From: a virus
Direction: 5' to 3' (one strand)
DNA length: 64,000 bases
IMG/VR virus record: IMGVR_UViG_3300008267_000016
Span: 21,269-85,268 of that record
Shown here one piece after another: positions 18,304 through 26,682 of this stretch (its first letter is position 1; every line of letters starts with the position of its first letter). The notes under the pieces were generated by a model that was given only the letters and a program-made list of their open reading frames with translations, had not been told where the DNA came from and searched no databases. The position numbers and the translations under genes were made by a program.

Positions 18304-18564
18304 ATGCCTGCCATACTCGACGACGCAGTCAAGTCGATTATGAAAGAAAATCCGAAGATGTCGGAGTCTTCGGCTTATGCAATCGCAACTAAACAACTTC
18401 AGCGCTCCGGCGACCTGAAAGAAGGCACTCAGGAAGCAACTAAAAAAGGGGATCGTCGCGGCGAAATGTCGAAAGCTACGCGTGCTAAAACACGAGCTAA
18501 AAAGTACAAAGAAGAGCGTAAAGCAGGTCGTAAATTTGAGCGTAATACAGAAGGTCGGGACTGA
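18304..18564 (+). CDS. Small basic hypothetical protein
   Basis: SAYAIATKQLQ motif; Lys/Arg rich. Confidence 0.7.
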   Translation: MPAILDDAVKSIMKENPKMSESSAYAIATKQLQRSGDLKEGTQEATKKGDRRGEMSKATRAKTRAKKYKEERKAGRKFERNTEGRD

Positions 18565-18794
18565 TGGCTGAAGTCGCTCAGAAAAAAGATCCCGAAAAGT
18601 GGGCAAGAGCCAAAGCTAAAGCACGTAAAAAGCTTGGCGGACATTCTGCACGTGCCATGCAGTTGGCAACGAAGTATTACAAGGAGTCTGGTGGGCGTTA
18701 TGAGGGCAAAAAGTCTTCTGAAAACCGCCTGAGCAAATGGTCTAAGGAAGATTGGCAGACTCGGGAAGAGTACGAAAAAGGCGGTGAGTCCTGA
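18564..18794 (+). CDS. DUF5872-like N-terminal half
   Basis: SARAMQLA..YK..GGRY.G....L.KWSKEDW.T. Confidence 0.6.
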   Translation: MAEVAQKKDPEKWARAKAKARKKLGGHSARAMQLATKYYKESGGRYEGKKSSENRLSKWSKEDWQTREEYEKGGES

Positions 18795-19222
18795 TGGAAC
18801 CGAGTATTCCTATCCGCTCTCAGGTATTTCTTGAAAAAGAAATTACTTCGAAGTCTCCTAGCTGCCCTACGGCAACGTTAGACGTTGAGGAGAATACAAA
18901 AAACCGTAACTGGACTATCGATAAGTTTGCTTATGGACCTTTAAATCCGGACTACCCCGATCCGGGATTTTGGGAACATAAAGCGGACTTGTGGAACACG
19001 GATATTGAGCACGCGAAATCGGCTCTCTGCGGTAACTGCGCGGCGTTCGATCAGTCGCCACAGATTCAGCAGTGCATACTTACAGGTATAAACGAGACAA
19101 ACGCAGCGGATCCGCGTGACGTTTTGGAATTAGCCGATTTAGGCTACTGCCAGCTTTTTAAGTTCAAGTGCGCAGCTCAGCGAAGCTGTGACGCTTGGCT
19201 TCATGGAGGACCCATTCAATAA
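18794..19222 (+). CDS. Cys-rich hypothetical protein
   Basis: CGNCAAF...GYC...FKCA..RSCDAW. Confidence 0.75.
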   Translation: MEPSIPIRSQVFLEKEITSKSPSCPTATLDVEENTKNRNWTIDKFAYGPLNPDYPDPGFWEHKADLWNTDIEHAKSALCGNCAAFDQSPQIQQCILTGINETNAADPRDVLELADLGYCQLFKFKCAAQRSCDAWLHGGPIQ

Positions 19223-19437
19223 TGGCTGATTTAGCGCGTGAGAAAGGCCGTACTGAGCGGTATTTACCTCGGGCAGCTTGGGCTTCGTTGTCCCCTGAGG
19301 AGCGTCGTGCGACTGACGAAAAGAAAAAACAAGCCACCCGTGGTAAGCCTGTAAACACTCAGGTCGCAAACACGGAAGCTGCCAAACGAGCTGGTCGAAA
19401 AGCTCGTGCCTTCAAGCAATCTAGAAGCAATGGCTAA
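19222..19437 (+). CDS. DUF5872-like C-terminal half
   Basis: ERYLP.AAW.SLSPEERRAT..KK; TAATG coupling to upstream gene. Confidence 0.6.
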   Translation: MADLAREKGRTERYLPRAAWASLSPEERRATDEKKKQATRGKPVNTQVANTEAAKRAGRKARAFKQSRSNG

Positions 19438-19570
19438 GCAAGGTCCCTGCTGGGATGGTTACGTTCAAGAAGGTTATAAAAAGAAGGACGGCCGGAACGT
19501 ACCCAATTGTGTTCGTGCGAAGAAGAAAGCTAAGTCTTATCAAAAGTCTCAACAGTCCAAGGGGCGCTGA
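19430..19570 (+). CDS. Small basic protein (PCWDGY...G.KKK.GR.VPNCV)
   Basis: Read manually; motif widespread in phages. Confidence 0.7.
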   Translation: MAKQGPCWDGYVQEGYKKKDGRNVPNCVRAKKKAKSYQKSQQSKGR

Positions 19571-19850
19571 GGCGCATCTCGCCACCTAGGAGCTCCTGCG
19601 CTTTAGTTCCGTCTGGCGGAAGTTCAGTGTAGATAGGTTTCTGTTTTTCTTTTTCCTCTTTATCCCACGCCTCGCGGAACGCCTCTACTTGTTTGTCAAC
19701 TTCTTTAATTGCAACTTCAGCTCGAAAAGCAGCCCAATCTGGTCGACAATAATCGAGTATTCGCCTGATCCAAGGTTTTTGTTTTAGTGGATAAAACCTA
19801 CATAAGAAGGTAATCAGCTCGTAGATAAGTGCGTTTACTTTGTTGTACAT
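19530..19850 (-). CDS. Hypothetical protein
   Basis: ORF ending LLGGEMRLSAPW, a cyanophage-type motif. Confidence 0.6.
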   Translation of the reverse strand: MYNKVNALIYELITFLCRFYPLKQKPWIRRILDYCRPDWAAFRAEVAIKEVDKQVEAFREAWDKEEKEKQKPIYTELPPDGTKAQELLGGEMRLSAPWTVETFDKT

Positions 19851-19889
19851 ACCTTAGAATCTTTATATCGAGGTGTCTCCAATCTAGCC

Positions 19890-20288
19890 ATGGCCGAAGT
19901 TACCTTCAATCGTGAGACAGGAGTCGCTCCGGAAGGAATTACTCGTTTTGGCCAGTTTCGTACTCTGGACGGTAATAACGTCACCATTGGTAACTACCGC
20001 TCTTTTGCTGGTGACGGCGGCTTAGGTCTGGCCGACGTTTTCAGCCTGACCTTTGGTACCTCTGGTACCGCGACCATCACTTTAGATGCTGAAGCTTTTG
20101 CTGTGAGCAAAGTTGAAGTTTATAAAGCCGATGGTACCGTGGCAGGTACTGCAAACGCACCCAAAATTACGCGTCGCAGCAACTCCAGTTTCACTTATAG
20201 CGTCAGCAACGGCGAGACCGCTACGCTCTATGTGTTCCGTACCGGTCGCAGTGAAACTGAGTACCGGGTTACAGTTACCGCTGCTTAA
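19890..20288 (+). CDS. Putative virion structural protein (beta-sandwich)
   Basis: Thr/Gly-rich; GAGG ribosome-binding site. Confidence 0.6.
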   Translation: MAEVTFNRETGVAPEGITRFGQFRTLDGNNVTIGNYRSFAGDGGLGLADVFSLTFGTSGTATITLDAEAFAVSKVEVYKADGTVAGTANAPKITRRSNSSFTYSVSNGETATLYVFRTGRSETEYRVTVTAA

Positions 20289-20350
20289 TTAAAATTTCAC
20301 GCCGCATATTGTCAAACTCTGCCAGAGTAAATACAGGCAGATTTTGACAA

Positions 20351-21586
20351 ATGCGTATTTCGCAGAAGGGGATAGATTTAATCAAAAAGTTTGAAGGTAT
20401 TCGGCTGACAGCCTATGTCTGTCCTGCCGGTGTATTGACTATCGGCTATGGGCATACTGGGCCTGATGTGCAACCAGGAATGCGCATCACCGAGGAGGAG
20501 GCCGAGCGTCTGCTGTGGGCTGATACTGAGAGTGCGCAACAGACCGTCAGTAGTTTTGTAAGCGTAAAACTTAATCAGAATGAATATGATGCGCTAGTTT
20601 CTTTTACGTTTAATGTTGGACCGACAGCGTTCGTCAACAGCACGATGCTGCGCCTGCTTAACCATGGAGCTGATCGCAAGGTCGTAGCGGGTGAATTCGG
20701 TAGGTGGGTTAAGGCCGGCAGCGATGAAGTCATCCCTGGTTTGGTACGGCGCCGAGAAGAGGAGAAAAAGTTATTCTTAGAGAAGGTGAAGCATCCTCTT
20801 TTGGCTAAGTCTCTCCTTGCGAAACGTGATACTTGGCTCAAGCGTCACCCTGTTGACTCCAGCACCTTGAAGGCCGAGGAGAAGCTTTTTGTCCCTAAAG
20901 GCAGCGCGTGGCAGTGGACTGAAATCAGGATGTATGCCGGAGAAGCTCACCAGCGAGTGCTCCTAGAGAAGCAACCAGAAGTTGAGTGGTGGTTTTTCCC
21001 GGATCACTGGAAGATCATTAATGACACAGAGACTCAGGAGACACCACCCAAGACAGACGGTGAGATCAAACTAGTTGTTCCTTACTTCTCCCAACGGGAT
21101 AACAAAAAAGATCCTATGCGCACCTGCTTTTCCAGCAGTTGTGCAATGCTCCTGGCGGCTCTCGATCCTGATGCTATTGATACTGACGATGAATACATCA
21201 GTGAAGTATATAAGTACGGTGATACCACATCGGCTTCAGCTCAACTGGACACTCTGAAGCACTTTGGTGTCGACGCTAAGTTTGTTCAAAACGCAAGCTG
21301 GGATACCATCGAGCAGCAGCTCAAGCGAGGCATCCCTGTCCCAATGGGCATCCTCCACAAAGGTCCAGTTTCCAATCCTGTTGGAGGCGGCCACTGGATC
21401 TGCTGTGTGGGCGTCACCGCAGACCGCCAGAAACTTTGGGTGCATGATCCTTTCGGCGATCTTGATCTGATTGGTGGGTCTTACGTTTCTACTGATGGGA
21501 AATACCGCTTGTATTCCAAGAAAAACTTAGGCCCTCGTTTCCTTGTTGAAGGACCTAAGAGTGGCTGGGTAATCCTGGCTAGCTGA
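20351..21586 (+). CDS. Endolysin: GH24 lysozyme plus C39-like peptidase domain
   Basis: LIKKFEG.RLTAYVCPAGVLTIGYGHT, GLVRRREEE; VPYFSQRDN..RTCFSSSCAM, GGGHW, VHDPFG. Confidence 0.92.
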   Translation: MRISQKGIDLIKKFEGIRLTAYVCPAGVLTIGYGHTGPDVQPGMRITEEEAERLLWADTESAQQTVSSFVSVKLNQNEYDALVSFTFNVGPTAFVNSTMLRLLNHGADRKVVAGEFGRWVKAGSDEVIPGLVRRREEEKKLFLEKVKHPLLAKSLLAKRDTWLKRHPVDSSTLKAEEKLFVPKGSAWQWTEIRMYAGEAHQRVLLEKQPEVEWWFFPDHWKIINDTETQETPPKTDGEIKLVVPYFSQRDNKKDPMRTCFSSSCAMLLAALDPDAIDTDDEYISEVYKYGDTTSASAQLDTLKHFGVDAKFVQNASWDTIEQQLKRGIPVPMGILHKGPVSNPVGGGHWICCVGVTADRQKLWVHDPFGDLDLIGGSYVSTDGKYRLYSKKNLGPRFLVEGPKSGWVILAS

Positions 21587-21615
21587 GGTAGACTTCGTAC
21601 TCTCTCCTTTGAGCC

Positions 21616-21855
21616 ATGGTTTCTGTCGGCGCTGAGTTCGATTATCAGAAAATTCTAGATAACTGGAGTGTTACTGATGAGCAAAGCAAGGCAGATTTCT
21701 TAGATGCGCTCTATGAGTTTTATGGATGTAATAACGGTCTGTACTCTGGGCTTTTCCAGCGTTTTCAGTCGGATCTGACTGAATTTGCTCGGCATTTAGT
21801 TACCATGCGGGGCATGGCAGTAGCTGAGTTGTTTCGTGCTGGCTTAGAATTGTAA
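21616..21855 (+). CDS. Hypothetical protein
   Basis: FLDALYE.Y....LYSGLFQ motif seen in cyanophages. Confidence 0.6.
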   Translation: MVSVGAEFDYQKILDNWSVTDEQSKADFLDALYEFYGCNNGLYSGLFQRFQSDLTEFARHLVTMRGMAVAELFRAGLEL

Positions 21856-21870
21856 AAACTTAATCAGCTG

Positions 21871-22104
21871 ATGGCGTATAAGCGAGACTATAAGGAAGAG
21901 TACCGTAATTACGACGGCACTGAGAAAGTTAAAAAGCGCCGTGCAGCTAGAAATAAAGCGCGGCGTTTTATGGAACGCGAAGGTCGGGTCCATAAAGGCG
22001 ATGGTAAAGATGTCGACCATAAAGATCGGAACCCGCATAACAATTCGCCTTCTAACTTAAGGGTAATGGATGCCTCGAGAAATAGATCTAGGAAACCTGA
22101 TTGA
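21871..22104 (+). CDS. Small HNH-type protein
   Basis: RDYK.EY, RNKARR, KGDGKDVDHKD.NP.NN..SNLRV..NRS. Confidence 0.8.
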   Translation: MAYKRDYKEEYRNYDGTEKVKKRRAARNKARRFMEREGRVHKGDGKDVDHKDRNPHNNSPSNLRVMDASRNRSRKPD

Positions 22105-22118
22105 GCTAAGATAAAACT

Positions 22119-22634
22119 ATGAACGGCCAAAACTTCTTACAACGCCCCGGTGGCTTAGGCCCTATGGCTGCCCGAGTGAAACCACTCGGTAGCCTGGCTA
22201 CGGGCAACCCCGCGATGTACCAGAACACTCCTGAGATGATTGAGTTGAATCGGGCAACCGGTTTAGACAACATCAATCGAGTGTATTCACAGTATCAGCA
22301 CGATATTGGAGAGTATGCGCGAGAGCCCGTGGGACCTACGGATGTTCAAGCTAGTAATATTGTTCCTAGCCAGCAGTTGACAGGGCCTGCCGGGTACAAC
22401 CATAGGGATAACCTAGTGATCCCGGAGCGACCTGCTGATATGAGTAAGGGTGAGTATCTGGTTAAAACTCAGAACACTCTTAATCCTGAGATGCGTAATA
22501 AGTTAAAGATTCTGACGACGGTTCCTCAGCAGAACTTTCTGAGTGCCATGGATCCGACAATGGCGATGATCCCCCAGAATCTCAACACGGCGGGAACTTT
22601 ACCCCTTCAGCTTCCTATTAAAATTAAAAAATGA
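22119..22634 (+). CDS. Hypothetical low-complexity late protein
   Basis: Pro/Asn/Met-rich ORF. Confidence 0.65.
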   Translation: MNGQNFLQRPGGLGPMAARVKPLGSLATGNPAMYQNTPEMIELNRATGLDNINRVYSQYQHDIGEYAREPVGPTDVQASNIVPSQQLTGPAGYNHRDNLVIPERPADMSKGEYLVKTQNTLNPEMRNKLKILTTVPQQNFLSAMDPTMAMIPQNLNTAGTLPLQLPIKIKK

Positions 22635-22771
22635 TGCACCAGGACGCTGATAAGGTTCGCATGGCTGGGATGCGTCTCGGTTGGGGACCTGCTGACCTCG
22701 CTCGAATGGTTTCAAACCCGAGCGAGATTACTGCTAGATTACGGTACCAACAAGCTTTTCCACGTAGCTAA
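22631..22771 (+). CDS. Small hypothetical protein (MMHQDADKVRMAGMRLG...)
   Basis: Read manually; ATGA and TAATG coupling at its two ends; 46 aa. Confidence 0.6.
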   Translation: MMHQDADKVRMAGMRLGWGPADLARMVSNPSEITARLRYQQAFPRS

Positions 22772-23469
22772 TGAAGCTGCATTCCGCTGATCTGGATTGG
22801 GTTACACCAGATGCGGAAAAAGTAATCGCAAGACACGCCAGAGTTTCCACAAAAGATCCTGATCGTGAAGAGTACGAAAAGCTATTAACGTACTGTATTA
22901 AACACGCACACTGGTCGGTTTTCGAGCAAGCTTCGGCCAGCTTTGAAATTAGTACAACTCGAGCTATTTCACCTCAAATCTTGAGGCACAGGAGCTTCGT
23001 ATTTCAAGAACTGTCTCAGCGCTACTGCGAACCTAACGAAACACTTGATTTAGAAGAGAAACCCTTTCAATTTGAGCTGAGGTTTCAAGCCTCAAAGAAT
23101 CGTCAGAGCAGCGTGGACCGCCTTCCGGTTTACATGTGTGAATCGTTCTGGGAGCGGCTTGAGTTTATCGACAGTCAGGTTCAAGGGCTGTATAAGGAAA
23201 TGCTCGACGCAGGCGTGGCTCGTGAATGCGCAAGGAATATTTTACCCTTGTACACACCCACTCGTATGCATATGAGCGGCACTGTGCGTAGTTTCCTGCA
23301 TTATGTTGGTTTACGCGGCAAGGATGATACTCAGGCTGAGCATCGCCAGATTGCTAGGTCGATTGGTTATCGCCTTGCCCGTGAGCTTCCTACTGTCGTG
23401 AAAGCAGTTAGAGCTTCCGAAGATCCATCTCTTAAGGGTTGGGATTTCCTTAGGTATCTTCCTCAGTAG
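22771..23469 (+). CDS. thyX: FAD-dependent thymidylate synthase
   Basis: HWSVFEQ, QILRHRSFVFQELSQRY, ARECARNILP. Confidence 0.95.
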   Translation: MKLHSADLDWVTPDAEKVIARHARVSTKDPDREEYEKLLTYCIKHAHWSVFEQASASFEISTTRAISPQILRHRSFVFQELSQRYCEPNETLDLEEKPFQFELRFQASKNRQSSVDRLPVYMCESFWERLEFIDSQVQGLYKEMLDAGVARECARNILPLYTPTRMHMSGTVRSFLHYVGLRGKDDTQAEHRQIARSIGYRLARELPTVVKAVRASEDPSLKGWDFLRYLPQ

Positions 23470-23695
23470 CTTTGTTTACTGGTGTTACACCAGTTAGCTC
23501 TTCGTAAGCATCAAGTTCATTAGCCAAGGCTCGCAGATCGTCTTCGCAGATGATTCCGTCACCTGTGGCGTGGCCAAAGCTCAACCTATACGCTACTTCC
23601 CGGAGAACAGCAGCTATAGCTTTTTTATTACACCAATCAACTTCATGAGCTTTTTTGATTACCGCATATGCGTCAGCTGATAGTCCTTTTGCCAT
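23450..23695 (-). CDS. Small protein of paralogous AAxLR...ANEL family
   Basis: LSADAYAV...IAAVLREVA...LRALANELD. Confidence 0.65.
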   Translation of the reverse strand: MAKGLSADAYAVIKKAHEVDWCNKKAIAAVLREVAYRLSFGHATGDGIICEDDLRALANELDAYEELTGVTPVNKATEEDT

Positions 23696-23851
23696 TAGTT
23701 GAGTTCTTTATAAACGGTGAGTATTGAGATTGTTGATGGCCTGAGTGTAAACCGCCTCATAAGGACGGAGCAGAGACTCAGGCTCTATCGATACTGAGTG
23801 TAACAGAAGCACCATTTTGTTGACGTTAACAAAATGGTTTAGTGAGTTTGA

Positions 23852-24004
23852 CTATTGAGCTTCAAGTTCATTAACAATAAGCATCATTTGAAGTAGTGCA
23901 AAAACAACACCATCACTGCGGTCTGTGTCGGATTTATAGTAAATATCCTCTATCTGCTCTACAGCAGCGCGAAGAGCGGCGGCGACGGAGTAGCGGTGAA
24001 CCAT
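23852..24004 (-). CDS. Small protein, truncated member of AAALRA family
   Basis: Read manually: MVHRYSVAAALRAAVEQI...IVNELEAQ. Confidence 0.55.
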   Translation of the reverse strand: MVHRYSVAAALRAAVEQIEDIYYKSDTDRSDGVVFALLQMMLIVNELEAQ

Positions 24005-24015
24005 AATTGATTAAA

Positions 24016-24213
24016 CTAAGATAGTAGAGAGATGCGTTCAACACGCCGTACTTCCAGCAAGTGCGGACCATCTTCAGAGTAAATGGCCAAGTAATGTTGG
24101 CCTTCATTCCAGGCTTGCTCCAGGGTGGGGGCTGTGCCGCCCGCTTGTTCTTCGCCGTTGTCGTCGAGCACCGAGAACTCGTAACTAGTGTCAAGCACTG
24201 TGTAGTCAGCCAT
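24016..24213 (-). CDS. Hypothetical acidic protein
   Basis: ORF in minus-strand run. Confidence 0.6.
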   Translation of the reverse strand: MADYTVLDTSYEFSVLDDNGEEQAGGTAPTLEQAWNEGQHYLAIYSEDGPHLLEVRRVERISLLS

Positions 24214-24233
24214 AAGGACAGAAGAGGGTCTGA

Positions 24234-24431
24234 CTAAGGGAGCAACGATGAACTATCTGGGAATTCCGGAGGGTTGACCAAGCCGCAACGGCCCCAGTAA
24301 CCCCTCCGCATTGCTGAGCCAATCCAACGCTTGTGAATCCAGTCTGGCCAGCGGGTGTCTGAATTGACCCAGCGGAAGTTGCCAATCTTCCCCGCGTGGC
24401 TGCAGACGTAGATAAATGGAAACTCAGACAT
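24234..24431 (-). CDS. Hypothetical protein
   Basis: ORF in minus-strand run. Confidence 0.5.
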   Translation of the reverse strand: MSEFPFIYVCSHAGKIGNFRWVNSDTRWPDWIHKRWIGSAMRRGYWGRCGLVNPPEFPDSSSLLP

Positions 24432-24445
24432 CGGAGTTGATCGGA

Positions 24446-24706
24446 CTACTGGCCCCAGCGGGCGAGAACAGCGCGGGCATAGACACGCCAGCTTTCGGGC
24501 TCACCGCTCTGGTCGATCTCGGTGAACAGCTCGTCAAGAGCCTCATCAGTCGGCCCCTTCGGCTCAGGCTCAGCCAGTGCGGCATCAGCGCGGCGCAGGA
24601 GAGCTTCAAGCTCGTGGAGGCTGTAGCCGTTGTCTTCGATGTACCAACACTGGTAGCGGTGCAGATTGTCTGCCAGCTCTTCGCACAGTTGTTTGTAATC
24701 AGTCAT
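24446..24706 (-). CDS. Modular small protein (TDYKQLC.EL + PTDE.L...AVLARWG)
   Basis: Paralogous modules shared with 25003 and 45609. Confidence 0.7.
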   Translation of the reverse strand: MTDYKQLCEELADNLHRYQCWYIEDNGYSLHELEALLRRADAALAEPEPKGPTDEALDELFTEIDQSGEPESWRVYARAVLARWGQ

Positions 24707-24724
24707 GGTAATTAGTGAGGTGGT

Positions 24725-24967
24725 CTACTGGGCTCCAAGTTCGGTGGCGATAGCTAAGAGTTGAAACTTTGCTTCATCTAGGTCCGTCCAATCACCAGAA
24801 GGGTCAGCCTCCTTTGGCATGACCTGATTAACAGCCTCTCGAAGAGCAACAGAAACCTCGAAAGCTATGCGAGCAGCTTCATTGGGAATGTCCTCAGGGT
24901 TGAGGTCGTACTGCTGCCGAGTGACAGCATTCAAAACAGCCCACGCAGCGAGTGAAAGTTCAGACAT
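24725..24967 (-). CDS. Small protein, LS.AA.AVL...ALR..LAIA.EL family
   Basis: Paralog of 25386 and 23450. Confidence 0.7.
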   Translation of the reverse strand: MSELSLAAWAVLNAVTRQQYDLNPEDIPNEAARIAFEVSVALREAVNQVMPKEADPSGDWTDLDEAKFQLLAIATELGAQ

Positions 24968-25002
24968 AGAGGTGATGTTGACATGTGGGCTTGAGGTTTG
25001 TG

Positions 25003-25389
25003 TTAGTCACTAAGTTGAGCCATTTGTTTTTCCATGTGATCCGCCCATGCCACCAGATCGCTGGCACGGACAAGCTGCTCACCAGTATCAGCAACGCGCC
25101 ACTGAACTGAAGCAGTATCGCGGATGGCTTGATCAATCACCTTGCGGATCAGAAGGACCGTGGCTCGACGGTGGAGCTGCCGAGTAATCTGATCAGTGAC
25201 AGAGGCCGGTTCCCTGTCGTCGGACACAGCCGGTCCATCTGGCTCGGCCAGCAGTGCGCGGGCGCGGTTGATCCGCTCAAAGCTGGCAGCGGTGTGCTCG
25301 TCGGCAGGATCGTTGATTAAGTAGCCGTCGATCCATCCCTCCAAGTCATCAGTCAGCTCAACGCACAGGGCGCGAAAGTCAGTGGTCAT
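25003..25389 (-). CDS. Modular small protein (TDFRALC.EL...RARALLAEP)
   Basis: N-terminal module shared with 24446. Confidence 0.7.
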   Translation of the reverse strand: MTTDFRALCVELTDDLEGWIDGYLINDPADEHTAASFERINRARALLAEPDGPAVSDDREPASVTDQITRQLHRRATVLLIRKVIDQAIRDTASVQWRVADTGEQLVRASDLVAWADHMEKQMAQLSD

Positions 25390-25640
25390 TGCGCACCCCC
25401 GTCCAGCTCGGCGGCAATGGCGAGAAATTGCCGGCGGATGGCTTGCTTGTTTAAGCGGATCGCCTCCGTTGTGAAGTACATGGCTTCTTGCGGATCATCT
25501 GGCACCACCTGATCCGCAACAGCGCGAAGGGCGGCGGCGGCTATCTGTCGAGCTTCGTTGAGGCAATCTTCTGGGCCATAGGCGCTGCTGTTGTTGGCGG
25601 CATCCAACACCGCCTGCGCGGCGGGGGAGAGGTCAGTCAT
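25386..25640 (-). CDS. Small protein MTDLSPAAQAVLDAA...
   Basis: Paralog family; ATGA overlap with downstream gene. Confidence 0.7.
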   Translation of the reverse strand: MTDLSPAAQAVLDAANNSSAYGPEDCLNEARQIAAAALRAVADQVVPDDPQEAMYFTTEAIRLNKQAIRRQFLAIAAELDGGAQ

Positions 25641-25977
25641 CGAGTTTCTCCAGTGCGCGGCGGATGGTATCTGACTGATCGGTATTGCCGTAACACTCAG
25701 CCGCAAGCTCCGCCAATGCTTGCAGCGCCTGCTCCTTCAAGCTCGGCGGCTTGGGGCGGCGGGCGGTGCGGAGTTCATCAATAGGAACATTTACCACCGG
25801 CCAAATACTCCCTAGCCACTCACAGCACGCCTCCAGCTCCTGGTCGGCTCCCCAGCGGGCGGCTTGGGTAGCGACGTAAAGATCACGCTGATCATCACAT
25901 TCGGTTTGTTGGTAAATAGTGTCAGCCCATTCAACAACCAGCTCAGGCGGCGGAGTAATCGGGTGTTCTTGAGTCAT
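25633..25977 (-). CDS. Modular small protein MTQEHPITPP...WGADQELEACC
   Basis: Paralog of 45609. Confidence 0.7.
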   Translation of the reverse strand: MTQEHPITPPPELVVEWADTIYQQTECDDQRDLYVATQAARWGADQELEACCEWLGSIWPVVNVPIDELRTARRPKPPSLKEQALQALAELAAECYGNTDQSDTIRRALEKLDD

Positions 25978-26112
25978 TGTTGAACCTCGTAGTGTGTAGA
26001 ACTAAGAATGTGCTTAAAAAACAATTTTGGTTTGAAAAAAATACGTTTGTCGAATCTGTTTTGCACAAAAACGCTAATGCGTATCCAATAAATTGATTTG
26101 ACCTCAGTTCTT

Positions 26113-26682
26113 TTAGGGGTTTACATTCTCCCAAGGACTGATCTCACTAATGGGAGCTGGAGACTTAGGAGCTGTTGCCGCTGCTTGTTGGAGTTGCATG
26201 TACTGCAGAGCTTGTTTGTGTTGATTTAATTCAGCAGTTAACTGCTGTGTCTGTGCTTCGGCCCACTTCCGGGCATTCGCAGTCAGCTCATCGAGTGCTG
26301 ATTGGGAGTGCGGGAAAGCAAAAATAACGCCACCACCTTGCCGTACCGTAATTTTTTGACCGTTCGTGGTCTCAGCCAGATCGTTCAGGAATGCGTGAGC
26401 TCGGTCTCCAGGAATGTTTGCAAGAAGTCCAAGCTGAGCAGGATCGACGACCCCACGATTTGCTTCGTACAGGGCAGTGAAGCAAGACGTCACTCGTGTT
26501 GCAACTTCGTCAGTACGTTGCTTACGGAGCGCACGTTCGCGCCCCAGCCCAGCACCGCCAATTAAACCACCAGCAAAAGCCAGAGAAGCTCCGACAAACT
26601 GAGGAGCCGTGATCGCTGTGGTGATCCCAACTGCAGCAGTAGCAGCCAGGGCGATCGCCAGATTAGGGTTTGACCGGGTCAT
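26113..26682 (-). CDS. Putative membrane protein with coiled-coil
   Basis: Two hydrophobic N-terminal segments. Confidence 0.65.
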   Translation of the reverse strand: MTRSNPNLAIALAATAAVGITTAITAPQFVGASLAFAGGLIGGAGLGRERALRKQRTDEVATRVTSCFTALYEANRGVVDPAQLGLLANIPGDRAHAFLNDLAETTNGQKITVRQGGGVIFAFPHSQSALDELTANARKWAEAQTQQLTAELNQHKQALQYMQLQQAAATAPKSPAPISEISPWENVNP

